Positions 28,581 through 41,664 of a stretch of DNA of 64,000 bases are shown here, piece by piece. Source of the DNA: Octopus vulgaris (taxonomy: Eukaryota); NCBI GenBank assembly GCA_951406725.2, contig OX597817.1, positions 48,298,001 to 48,362,000 on the forward strand. Reading direction: 5' to 3'. A program made the translations under genes and the position numbers. The first letter of the stretch is position 1. Each line of letters opens with the position of its first letter. The notes beneath the pieces are model-generated. The model worked only from the letters and a program-made list of their open reading frames with translations, searched no databases and was not told where the DNA came from.

Positions 28581-30028
28581 ACTCTTTTACTCTTTTACTT
28601 GTTTCAGCCATCCGGCTGAGGCCATGCTGGGGCACCGCCCTTGTTGCTACCCTCTCTAAGTCCAGTTTGCCGTGGCTGGCCACTGATCTAAGAGAGAGTT
28701 TGTAGCTGCTGCCCTTAGGTTACCTTCGTACCTTGCAGTGGGTTCATCTGGGATCCCGGAAAGCAGCTTGTCTAGATGTTTTTTGAAAATGTCCACATCC
28801 GCATCATGTAGATCTCTTAGTTTTCTTGGCAGTTTGTTGAAAAGCTGAGGGCCCCTGAACCCCAGGCTATTACAGTATCTGCTCCTTACTCTGGATGTGG
28901 AAGACGGGACCTTTGGCACCACACAGTGACGTCCTGTACGGGGATTGGAACAGCTCTCAATTCCAAAATTTGGTGCTAGTCCCTCCAGGATTTTCCATAT
29001 GTATATCACTGCATATCTCTCTCGTCTTCGTTCCAAGGAGTACAAATTGAGTTCCCTAAGCCTCTCCCAATAGTTCTTTTCTTTCATGGTGGAAATCCTC
29101 TTGGTGAAATGTCTTTGGATTGTCTCAAGCTCTGTGGTTAGTTTGACACTATGCGGTGACCACAGTTGGGAGCAGTAGTCCAGGCGGCTTAGGACAAATG
29201 TCCTCCATAGTGTCAACATGGTCTCGCAGTCTCTTGTCCGGAATGTCCTCAGGATCCAGCCAGTGAGTCGTCTGCACATTGTCGCCACCTTCGCGATGTG
29301 TGAAGAAAAAGATGCATCGTCACTCATGTCTATCCCCAGGTCCCGTATTGATTTCGATACTGGGATTTCGATCCCTCCTGGACCAGTATAGTTGTGTTGT
29401 AATGTATATGTGTTTACAGCTTGATATTGTAAGGCTTGAAATTTACCAGCATTAAATTGCATGTTGTTGTCTTCAGCCCATTTGTATATGGCATCCAGAT
29501 CTTGTTGTAAAAGGTCAGCATCAGCTGGGTTTTTGATTGCCTGTGCTACCTTTGTGTCATCAGCATAGCTAGTGAGGGATGTTGTTTGTGCTACCAAGGG
29601 CATGTCAGAGAGCGCCACCAAAAACAGCAAGGGTCCCAATACTGTGCCCTGTGGCACCCCGCTTGCTATTGGTGTCTTTCCCGAGAGGGCTCCATTGGCT
29701 GCAACCATCTGGCTTCTGTCCTTCAGGAAGTCATGTATCCACTCACCTACTTTTCCTGTTATGCCGAGTCTGAGTAATTTGTGACATATCACTCCGTGGT
29801 CGACTTTGTCAAAGGCCTTCGCAAAGTCGAGATATACCACATCCACCAGTGAGCGATCCAGTAGTTGTTTCAGTACCCAGTCGTAGTGTTGTAACAGCTG
29901 CGTAAGGCAGCTTCTTCCTGGGCGAAAGCCATGCTGTGTGTCAGTGAGACGGTTAGTTTCTTCGAGGAACGTGATCAGTTTTTTTCTGATGATTCGTTCC
30001 ATGACCTTACTTATGTGTGACCTTACTT

Positions 30029-30030
<2 letters not shown>
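28581..30030 (-). mobile_element. 5'-truncated CR1/L2-group LINE, family F4 (tail GTAAAAGA), with an uninterrupted RT frame
   Basis: 448-aa RT ORF 28656-30002 without stops. The 3' tail matches the SINE at 785. Confidence 0.93.
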
Positions 30031-30067
<37 letters not shown>

Positions 30068-30070
30068 TAT

Positions 30071-30105
<35 letters not shown>

Positions 30106-30198
30106 CACATATATACATATATATATATACACATATATATATACATATATATACATATATATATATACATATATATATATACATATATACATATGTAC

Positions 30199-30230
<32 letters not shown>

Positions 30231-32318
30231 ACATACCCACTCGAAACGCCATCATTTGCCGATATTCTCTTTGCCATAGATTATGCACTGATAGAGACTG
30301 CAAATTCACCCATTTACCTGGAACAAAACGCTCTGTACCCCACAAACTACAACAGGAATCACCATAATACATACTCTATTACAACACCACCACAACCACC
30401 AATATCTCAAACAAGGAATCCCCAAAACTGCCGCTATTCCCAGCAAGACAGATTTTGTTTGCACAGGGATTGCCCCTTTACCCATCTCGCGGGGACTCGT
30501 CAGACAAATGACAATATAAATAAAAATAAAAGCAAAAATACCCACGACTCATATAGAAATAACCACTCATATAAAAATAACCACAACCACAGTCACCTAC
30601 AATTCCCTAGACAGGAAACTTCTTCCTCTTTTTTAGCCATAATGAATCTAGCAAAAGAACTGGAAAAAAACATCCGAGCTATCACCCACCACCATCCACC
30701 ACTATTACCCCACTGCACATGCCATTAAAAAGCAAACAAATAAGCAAAACACCAAAACAATTAAAACCATCCACTCTCACTTCAACGTTTTTGCTTAACG
30801 CCCAAGGCATCAGCCCTTCCACCAATACTCAAAAATTGAAAATAAAATTCCTGGAGGACTGGGTTGATGCCCATCCAAACCACATCCCTTTCTTCGTCCT
30901 CACCGAAACCCATCATAGTAACCTCCACTTGGAAGCCGAGGTAAAAGCTAAAAATTTCAAAGCCATTCGTGCTGATCGTGCTGACAGAAGAAAGGGACTG
31001 CCATTTATGTTTATGATTCTTTCTCAACAGAGGCTATGAACATATTTTCCAATGGATACTGCGAAGCAGTCGCTGTATTCAGTCAAACCAACAACTTAAG
31101 AGTAGTTGGGCTCTACAGACCACCCCAAATGCCCCTACCATGCTTCAAGGAATGCCTCAATAACATAAAGTGTTTCATTCAGCAGTATCAATCTGACAAC
31201 ATCTTAATGATGGGGGACTTCAATCTCCCTGGATTTGACTGGTCTACAAACATTCTGCCGCCAGGTTCTTCCGTCTCAACCCCTGACAGGGAGGCAGTTG
31301 AATCGCTTCATGATTTCATGGATAATTTCTTCCTGTCCCAACTGGTACTCGAACCAACGAGATGTCACAAAAGCTGTCCTAGACTTAATCTTCAGCAATC
31401 ACACTGATACTATCCACAATATTGCAGTGGAGAAAACCGGCCAAAATGCAAAACAAATGTCATCCCTCCTGTCCATCCATTTGACACTATGGATTTCCAC
31501 AATGCAAACTGGGAAGCGATCAATAATGATCTTGCACAAGTCGATTGGTCCTTCACGCACACATACACACCCACTAACATCAAAAACATCAAAAAGTCCT
31601 GGCAGTCATTTGTAGACACCATTACGAACATATGTACAAAACACACCCCATTAAGATCTGCAAACAAATCTAAGTGCAGAATCCCTAGAAATAGAAAAAC
31701 TGTTATCAGGAAAATTAAAAGAATTAACAAAAATTCAACAAGCTGAAATACTGTCAACAGCAACACACCAACCTGACTGCCATCACGTCACTAGAGATTA
31801 AAAAACATAGCCTCCAAAACAACATAATGTCTATCATCAAAAGTCAGCGAAGAGCTGAAGAGGCCTGGGCCATTGAGAAGATCAAACGTAATCCCAAAGT
31901 GTTCTTTTCATTTGCAAAAAAACACAAAGTTACTGGCTCTACTGTTGGCCCTCTGATTGATGAAAATTGTACTCTTCAAGACAATGCCAAAACCATGGGA
32001 GAGATGTTGCAGAAACAATACTGCTCTGTTTTCACCAATCCTGATATGGCTGATCTGGGCTGTATCAGTGATGTTACTCCCCAATACACTTTATCGGACA
32101 TAACCTTTGGCGCTCCTGATGTCTTAGTAGCAATAAAGGAAATGAAGCATAATTCAGCAGTAGGTCCCGATAGGTTCCCTGCTTGTGTCTTGAAGATGTG
32201 TCAAAACCAACTTGCACTCCCTCTAGCCAATCTGTGGCGGAACTCACTGGATGCTGGATATATACCAGAAAACCTTCTATCCCAGTCTGTTGTCCCAGTT
32301 TTCAAAAAAGGAAACAAA
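30231..32318 (+). mobile_element. Family F3b LINE internal fragment (CCCH ORF1 end, APE endonuclease, start of RT), lacking both ends
   Basis: [39 protein letters not shown]. Stops at FKKGNK. Confidence 0.88.
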
Positions 32319-32414
32319 TTAATGTATTTGAGAGAGTGTATATATGTATATATATATCTACACATATATACATATGTATATATATATACATATATATATA
32401 CATATATATATATG

Positions 32415-32446
<32 letters not shown>

Positions 32447-32473
32447 CATATATACATATGTATATATATATAT

Positions 32474-32519
<46 letters not shown>

Positions 32520-32552
32520 ATATACATATACATATTATACATATATACATAT

Positions 32553-35500
32553 GTAACTTAGAATAACTTAGAAAGGTTTTGGCCAGTATTGGCCCAGGCC
32601 ATGTCTAACTTAATAGCACCACCTGGCGAAGTCTTTCAATTCAGGATTTGGGCACCAAGGCCCATTCGAGCAGAGAGTTATTGTTTTCCGGAGACATATC
32701 CGGGTGTGGGTGGTTTGTCCGGGACTGTTTGAAGGAATTTGTCCAAAGACTTCTTGAATTTTGTGTGATCAGTTTCTTTTTTGACGTGTCCTGGTGTAAT
32801 GTTGAAGAGAGTTGGTCCAATTGAGGTGAAATAGTTGTGCCGTATTGTCGTTATGTGATGCGATTTAGATTTTTGTTGTGGACGGATGGCACGTGGTCCA
32901 AGCCTTGGATGTATTTTGAAGGTGATGCCAACATCATTCGGACAGTGCTGATGGAATATTTTCCACATCATACAGATAATGTAGCGTTCACGGCGTCGTT
33001 GGAGTGAATACAGTTTCAGCTTCTCAAGTCTACCCCAGTAGTCAAGGTCTGACATACCATCTATCTTTTTTGTGATTGACTTTGGGGAGCTTCAGTTCTC
33101 ATAATATTTTGTTTTGTGTAGGGAGACCACAGTGGACAGCAGTATTCAAGGTGGGGTCGGACAAAAGTGGAGAAGAGAAGGATAATAGTGTGGGAATCTC
33201 TCGACTGGAAGGTTCTGAGAATCCAGGAACACATTCTGCGGGCCATGTCAACATTGCTGCTTATATGTGTAGCCCAGCTTATGTTGTTGCCCACTGTTAC
33301 TCCCAAGTCTCTGATGTTGTTGGATGCCATTAGAATTTCTCCAGAAGGAAGGGAGTATGGGAGTTTCAGAGCGTCCTCCCTTCCAAAGTGGATCAGTTCG
33401 AATTTGTCTTCGTTTAGCAACATGTTATTCTTTTCCGCCCATTGGACAACAGCCAGTAGGTCTGACTGAAGGCTTATTTGGTCGTCCACGCCATTGATGA
33501 CCTTCTGGAGCTTGGAATCATCAGCGAAGGTTCTGATGTTACTGTGTTTGATGGTGTCAGTAATATCATTTATGTAGATGATGAAGAGAAGTGGGCCCAA
33601 CACAGTGCCTTGTGGGACACCACTGCTGACTTTCGATGGGCTGGATTTGACTCCTTTGACTACAACATGTTGGGTTCTGTTAGACAGGAAGCACTGTAGC
33701 AGCTTTCCAGTGACACCAATATTGGACAGCTTTCTCAGAAGGATCTTATGATCAACCCTGTCAAAGGCCTTGCTGAAATCAAGGTAGATGACATCAGTGT
33801 TGGAACCCTCTCCCAAGGCTCTCAAAATGTGATCAAAATGATGCAGTAGCTGCGTCAGGCAATCTCTCCCATTACGGAATCCATGCTGGTTGGAGTTCAG
33901 GATATTATGACTCTCAAGGAAGTGAGTCATACGCGATCTCAGCACTCTCTCAAATGCCTTAATGATATGAGAGGTGAGTGAGATTGGACGGTAGTTCACG
34001 GCAAGCGATTTGTTTCCTTTTTTGAAAACTGGGACAACAGACTGGGATAGGTTTTCTGGTATATATCCAGCATCCAGTGAGTTCCGCCACAGATTGGCTA
34101 GAGGGAGTGCAAGTTGGTTTTGACACATCTTCAAGACACAAGCAGGGAACCTATCGGGACCTACTGCTGAATTATGCTTCATTTCCTTTATTGCTACTAA
34201 GACATCAGGAGCGCCAAAGGTTATGTCTGATAAAGTGTATTGGGGTGTAACATCACTGATACAGTCCAGATAAGTCATATCAGGATTGCTGAAAACAGAG
34301 CAATATTGTTTCTGCAATATCTCTCCCATGGTTTTGGCATTGTCTTGAAGAGTACCATTTTCATCAATCAGAGGGCCAACAGTAGAACCAGTGACTCTGT
34401 GTTTTTTTGCAAATGAAAAGAACACTTTGGGATTGAGTTTGATCTTCTCAATGGCCCAGGCCTCTTCAGCTCTTCGCTGACTATTGATGATAGACATCAT
34501 GTTGTTTTGGAGTTTATGTTTTTTAATCACTAGTGACGAGATGGCAGTCAGGTTGGTGTGTTGCTGTTGATAGTATTTCAGCTTGTTGATTTTTTTGTTA
34601 ATTCTTTTAATTTTCCTGATGAGAGATTTTCTATTTCTAGGGATTCGACACTAAGATTTGTTTGCAGATCTTAATGGGGTGTGTTTTGCACATATGTTCG
34701 TAATGGTGTCTACAAATGACTGCCAGGACTTTTTGATGTTAGTGAGTGTGTATGTGTGCGTGAAGGACCAATCGACTTGTGCAAGATCATTATTGATCGC
34801 TTCCCAGTTTGCATTGTGGAAATCCATAGTGTCAAATGGATGAACAGGAGGGATGACATTTGTTTTGCATTTTGGCCGGTGAAATCTCAGATCACAGAGA
34901 ACCATGTCATGATCAGAGAGTAGAGTTTTCTCCACTGCAAGACTTTTTATGACATCTCGTTGGTTCGAGTACCAGTTGGGACAGGAAGAAATCATCCATG
35001 AAGTCAAGAAGCGATTCAACTTTCTCCCTGTCAAGGGTTGAGAGAGAAGAACCTGGCGGCAGAATGTTTGTAGACCAGTCAACCCCGGGAAGGTTGAAGT
35101 CTCCCATCATTAAAATGTTGTCAGGTTGACACTGCTGAATGAAACACTTTATGTTGTTGAGGCATTCCTTGAAGCATGGTAGGGGCGTTTGGGGTGGTCT
35201 GTAGAGCCCAACTACTCTTAAGTTGTTGGTTTGACTGAATACAGCGACTGCTTCGCAGTATCCATTGGAAAATATGTTCATAGCCTCTGTTGAGAATGAA
35301 TCATGAACATAAATGGCAGTCCCACCCTTTCTTCTGCCAGCACGATCAGCACGAATGGCTTTGAAATTTTTAACTTTCACCTCGGCTTCCAAGTGAAGGT
35401 TACCAAGTGAGGACAAAGAAAGGGATGTGGTTTGGATGGGCCTCGACCCAGTCCTCCAGGAATTCTATCTTCCATTTTTGAGTATTGGTGGAAGGGCTGA

Positions 35501-36924
35501 TGCCTTGGGCGTTAAGCAAAAACGTTGAAGCGAGAGTGGATGGTTTTAATTGTTTTGGTGATTTGTTTATTTGATTGCTTTTTAATGGCATGTGCAGTGG
35601 GGTAATAGTGGTGGATGGTGGTGGGTGATAGCTCGGATATTTTTTTCCAGTTCTTTTGCTAGATTCCTTATAGCTAAAAAAGAGGAAGAAGTTTCCTGTC
35701 TAGGGAACTGTAGGTGACTGTGGTTGTGGTTATTTTTATATGAGTGGTTATTTCTATATGAGTCGTGGATTTTTTTGCTTTTATTTTTATTTATAATGTC
35801 ATTGTCCGACGAGTCCCCGGGAGATGGGTAAAGGGGCAATCCCTGTGCAAACACAATCTGTCTCGCTGGGAATAGCGGCAGATTTGGGGATTCCTTGTTT
35901 GAGATATTGGTGGTTGTGGTGGTGTTGTAATAGAGTATGTATTATGGTGATTGCTGTTGTAGTTTGTGGGGATAGAGCGTTTTGTTCCAGGTAAATGGGT
36001 GAATTTGCAGTCTCTATCAGTGCATAATCTATGGCGAAGAGAATATCGGCAAATGATGGGGTTTCGAGTGGGTGTGTAGGTGCGTGTGTGAGTTGTGAGA
36101 ATTGTAGATGATAGTTTGTTGAGGTTTTGGCGACCTTTGTGACCTGTAGGAGGTAAATTCCTTGAGATAGCATTAGTAGTTGTAGTAGTAGTAGTAGGTA
36201 GAAGAGATGTTGACAGTGATGATGATTGAGGAGGTCGATTCCATGAGATAGCGGTAGACAAAGATGTTTGTGGATACATAGTGGGAGTAGTACTAGTAGT
36301 AGTAAGCAGAAGAGATGATGTTGACAGTGATGATGATGATTGAGCCGCTGGGGCAGTGAAAGGAAGGGGTGGTGCTTCCTGCTGTGTGACCCTGATGACT
36401 GTTGTGGGGTCAATCGTTTCGTTTAGCAAATCGGCCATTGTAGATGAATCAAGGAGTGGTTCATCCTGTTGTTGTTGCCGCTGAGGTGGTTGCTGCTGAA
36501 GTTGTTGTTGTTGCTGTATCTGTTGTTGTTGTTGCCGCTGAGTTTGTTGTTGAGGTTGTTGTTGTTGTTGTTGCCGCTGAGGTTGTTGCTGCTGAAGTTG
36601 TTGTTGTTGTTGCTGCAGCTATTGTTGTTGTTGTTGCCGCTGAGTTTGTTGTTGTTGTTGCGCCGGTGATGCGTTCGAAGAGAAAACACATCTCAGTTTA
36701 TCGAAGTGTTTATTTAATAATTTAAAAGCAACTTCGATTTGTTTTAATTTATTTTGTATCTGCTGTTCAGATCGAGTTTGCAAATGGTGAACTGTTCGTT
36801 TAGCAATTTCGTTCAGACACGAAGCAGCTATGCTCTCTGTTTGGGTAAGGTAATGCCATGTGTTGAAAAGAACGTCGATTTCATTATCAGACCAGTTTTT
36901 GTTGGATTTTTGGTGGCTAGCCAT
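32553..36924 (-). mobile_element. Near full-length family F3b LINE (tail TTCTAAGTTA), frameshifted
   Basis: ORF1 pieces 36924-35582, endonuclease 35591-34900, RT 34530-32640. Confidence 0.92.
35582..36924 (-). pseudogene. F3b ORF1: Myb/SANT-like N-terminus, low-complexity linker, two CCCH fingers (frameshifted)
   Basis: MASHQKSNKNWSDNEIDVLFNTW...RSEQQIQNKLKQI, then [19 protein letters not shown] and [19 protein letters not shown]. Confidence 0.65.
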
Positions 36925-36936
36925 ATATATATATAT

Positions 36937-37723
36937 GGTATTCACATGAGTATTCACATGAGTGATGACGCGACCTTTCATGTACATGTTGCTAAACTGA
37001 CAATGAAATGTAGACGGCTGGCTGGATGGATTCTTAGAACCTTTAGAACAAGAGAACAAGAAACCATGATGGTCCTCTGGAGGACACTTGTCCTAAGCCA
37101 CTTTGACTATTGCTCTCAGCTATGGTCACCATCCAGTGTCAAGTTGATCACAGAACTTGAGGCGATCCAACGAAGCTTCACGAAGAAGATAGCCTCTGTG
37201 CAGCATATGAGCTACTGGGAGAGACTCAAGAGATTAAAGCTCTATTCCCTGGAGCGTAGGCGAGAAAGATATGCCATAATATATATCTGAAAGATCCTGG
37301 AAGGTCTTGTCCCAGACTTTGGCATCGAGAGTCACACAAATGCCAGAACCGGACGCCACTGCGTAGTACCAAGGACTCCAAATTTGCCATCAAGATGTAG
37401 GACAAGATACTGTGATAGCCTGGGCTTTAGAGGCTCACGGCTCTTCAATATCCTCCCGAAGAACCTGAGGGACCTGCATGGTGTAGATGCGGATGTCTTT
37501 AAAGTAGGACTGAATCTCTTCCTGTCAGGTGTCCCGGATGAACCAACTTCACGGCAGGAGGTGCAGATGAGGGCAGCTGCATCGAACTCTCTCATGCATC
37601 AGATGGCGTTTGCTAAAAAGCATCCGTGAGGTAAAACCGTGTAGCAAACCAAATGGCGGTGCCCCAGCATGGCCACAGCTCATTAGCTGAAACTGGAAAA
37701 TCAAAATCAAAAATCAAAATCAA
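36937..37723 (+). mobile_element. 5'-truncated family F2 LINE
   Basis: RT C-terminus with an (AAATC)n tail. Confidence 0.9.
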
Positions 37724-37731
37724 ATATATAC

Positions 37732-37764
<33 letters not shown>

Positions 37765-37765
37765 C

Positions 37766-37810
<45 letters not shown>

Positions 37811-37823
37811 TATATATACACAC

Positions 37824-37869
<46 letters not shown>

Positions 37870-37989
37870 TATATACATATATATATATATACACATATAT
37901 ATAGATATATATATATATATATATATACATATATACATATATATATATACATACACACATATATATACATATATACATATATATATATA

Positions 37990-40455
37990 CTTTGATACTT
38001 TGATAGGTTTCGGCCATTATTGGCCCAGGCCATGTCTAACTTAATAGCACCACCTGGTGAAGTCTTTCAAGTCAGAATTTGGGCACTATGGCCCACTCAA
38101 GTAGAGAGTTATTGTTTACAGAGACATATCCGGGTGTAGGGGGTTTATCCGGGATTTCTTGAAGGAATCTGTCCAAAGACTTCTTGAACCCTATAGGGTC
38201 AGTTTCTGTTTTAATGTGTTTTGGTGTAATGTTAAAGAGAGCGGGGCCAATTGAGGTGAAATAATTGTGCCGTATTGTTGTTATGAGATGAGAGTGCGAT
38301 TTTTGTTTTGGGCGGATGGCACGGGGCCCAAGCCTTGGATGTACCTTAAAGGTGATGCCAACATCATTTGGGCAATGCTGATGGAATATTTTCCACATCA
38401 TGCAGATGATGTAGCGCTCACGACGACGTTGGAGAGAATAGAGTTTTAGCTTTTCTAGTCGACCCCAATAGTCGAGGCCTGTCATGCCATCTATCTTTTT
38501 TGTGATTGCCCTTTGAGGTGCTTCGACTTTTTTGATACCTTGTATTGTGTGGGGAGACCACAGTGGACAACAGTATTCAAGGTGGGGTCGGGCAAAAGTG
38601 GAGAAGAGAAGGATAATGGTGTGGATATCTCTCGACTGGAAAGTTCTGAGAATCCAGGAACACATTCTGCGGGCCATGTCAACTTTGGTGTTTATATGAG
38701 TGGCCCAGCTTACGTTGTTGTCCACAATTACTCCCAAGTCTCTGATGTTGTTGGACGCCGCGAGAGTTTCACCTGAAGGAAGGGAGTATGGGAGTTTCAG
38801 GGCATCCTCTTTTCCAAAGTGGATTAGCTCAAATTTATCCTCGTTCAGCAGCATATTGTTTTTTTCTGCCCATTGGATAACAGCCAGTAGATCTGACTGA
38901 AGGCATGTCCGGTCACTCGCCTCATTTATGACCTTCTGTAGCTTGGAGTCATCTGCAAAGATTTTTATGTTGCTGTGCTTGATGATGTCATTAATGTCAT
39001 TAATGTAAATGATGAAAAGAAGTGGGCCCAGCACAGTGCCTTGCGGAACGCCACTACTGACTTTGGCTGGGCTTGATTTTACCCCTTCAACTACAACATG
39101 TTGAGATCTGTCTGTCAGGAAACACTTAATCCATTTCAGTAACTTTCCAGAGACACCAATGTTGGATAGTTTTTTCAATAGGATCTTGTGATCGACCCTG
39201 TCGAAGGCCTTACTGAAATCAAGGTAGATGACATCGGTGTTGGAGCCCTCTCCCAAAGCTCTCAAAATGTCCTCAAAGTGATGCAGGAGCTGCGTTAGGC
39301 AGTCCCTTCCATTACGGAACCCATGTTGGTTGGAGATCAGCCGTCTGTTGCTTTCCAGAAATTAGGTTATTTGAGATCTCACCACCCTCTCAAATACCTT
39401 GATGATATGAGAGGTGAGTGAGATCGGACGGTAATTCACTGCAAGGGACTTGTTTCCCTTTTTGAAAACTGGGACAACAGACTGGGACAGAAGGTTTTTT
39501 GGAATATAGCCAGCATCCAGTGAGTTTCTCCACAGATTAGCAAGGGGAGATGCAAGTTGGTGTCGACACACCTTCAGGACACAAGCAGGGAACCTATCGG
39601 GGCCTACTGCTGAATTGTGTTTTATTTCGTTTATCGCCGCTAAGACATCAGGGGCACTAAACGTTATGTCCGATATAGTGTGTTGGGGGTTGACATCACT
39701 GATACAGCCCAGATCGGCCATATCAGGATTGCTGAAAACAGAGCAGTATTGTTTCTGCAGTATCTCGGCCATGGATTTGGCATTATCTTGGAGAGTGCCA
39801 GTTTCGTCAATTAGAGGGCCTACAGTGGAGACAGTGACCCTGCGTTTCCTCGCAAATGAAAAGAACACTTTGGGGTTGAGTTTGATTTTTTCAATGGCCC
39901 ACTTCTCCTCAGCTGATCTTTGGTTATTGATGAGGGACTTCATGCATTGTTGGAGGTTATATTTTTTGGATTCAAGCAGTGCGATAGCCGTCGAATGTGT
40001 GTGTTGCTGTTGGCAGTACTTTAGTTTGTTAATTTTTTTGTTTGTTCTTTTTATTTTTCTGATAATGGTTTTTCTGTTTTGGGGGATTCTGCACTTTTTG
40101 TTCACAGGTCTTGGTGGGGAGTGTTTTGCACATATGTCTGTGACGGTGTCTACAAAGATCTGCCAAGATGTTTTATGGTTGGTGGAGATGTGTGTATGTG
40201 TAAAGGACCAGTCAACATTTGATAGCTCGTTCCTGATTGCATCCCAGTTGGCTTTATGGAGATCCATGTTGTCAAATGGGTGGGCTGGAGGAAGGTCACT
40301 AGGATTAGCTTTCGGCTGGTGGAATTTCATGTTACAGAGAACCATGTCATGGTCTGAAAGAAGGGTTTTTTCCACTGTAACGTTATGTATAGTGTTAGTG
40401 TGGTTACTAAACACTAGGTCCAAAATGTTCTGATGTCTTGTTGGTGCAAGGACAA
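37990..40455 (-). mobile_element. 5'-truncated family F3 LINE
   Basis: ILDLVFSN...LLSDH through the complete RT. One stop near 39362. Confidence 0.93.
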
Positions 40456-40542
40456 TACATATATACATATATACATATATACATATATATATACACATAT
40501 ATATATACATATATATATATACATATACATACATATATATAC

Positions 40543-40573
<31 letters not shown>

Positions 40574-40791
40574 CATATATATCCATATACATATATATAT
40601 ATACATATATATCCATATACATATATATATATATACATATATATATACATATACATATATATATACATATATATATATACATACATATATATATATATAC
40701 ATACATATATATATATATACATACATATATATATATATATACATATACTTATATATATACATATATATATATACATATATATATACATGTA

Positions 40792-40823
<32 letters not shown>

Positions 40824-40920
40824 CATATATATGCATATATATATACATATATATATATACATATATATACATATATATGTATATGTATATATATATATAT
40901 GTATATATACATATATATAC

Positions 40921-40955
<35 letters not shown>

Positions 40956-41019
40956 CATATATATACATATATATATAGATACATATATATACATATATAT
41001 ATATACATATATATATACA

Positions 41020-41574
41020 TTTATATATAGAGGACATTATTATACATACATGCCTCACGCTAAGAGGGACATCAGTCATTTCTACCAAAAAATTTTACTA
41101 ATCATACCCAATGCAATTTTTCAAAGCAAGTCATTTAAAAAATGAATTTAGTCTTGTATCACCTGTGATTTCGCACTTACCGCAGAGTTGCGACCATGCT
41201 CATCAGCAAGACTGATTCTGAACATATCATAAATAAACGACCAGTACCGTCAAAGTCGAACAGCCATCTGCTCTATTCCAACGAAGCACATGGAGAAGTT
41301 TACATATCATACATCCGGTAAATAGCGGGCTTCTTCGAATTGCATTTCGAATAGGAAAAGTTTTTTCGGAATAAATTTAACAATTAAGGATAACTGCTTA
41401 ATAAGGAATCTTAACAAGAAATTATCAGGTAGATAGCGTGAAAAACCTCATAAGAGAAAAATTTCGAAAATAATTCTTTCTTATTGAACATATTAATTTA
41501 TATATAGAGGGCATTATTATACATACATGCCTCACGCTAAGAGGGACATCAGTCATTTCTACCAAAAAATTTTA
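41020..41574 (-). mobile_element. Non-coding hammerhead element with ~77-bp terminal direct repeats
   Basis: 41020-41097 recurs at 41497-41574. Both sides are TA tracts. Confidence 0.75.
41150..41213 (-). ncRNA. Type I hammerhead ribozyme (canonical core)
   Basis: agtcttg-CTGATGA-gcat...gtgc-GAAA-TCACAGGTGA-TA-caagact. Confidence 0.88.
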
Positions 41575-41664
41575 TCATATATATATACATATATATATAT
41601 ACATATATATATATACATACATATATATATACATATACATATACATACATGTATATATGTATTT

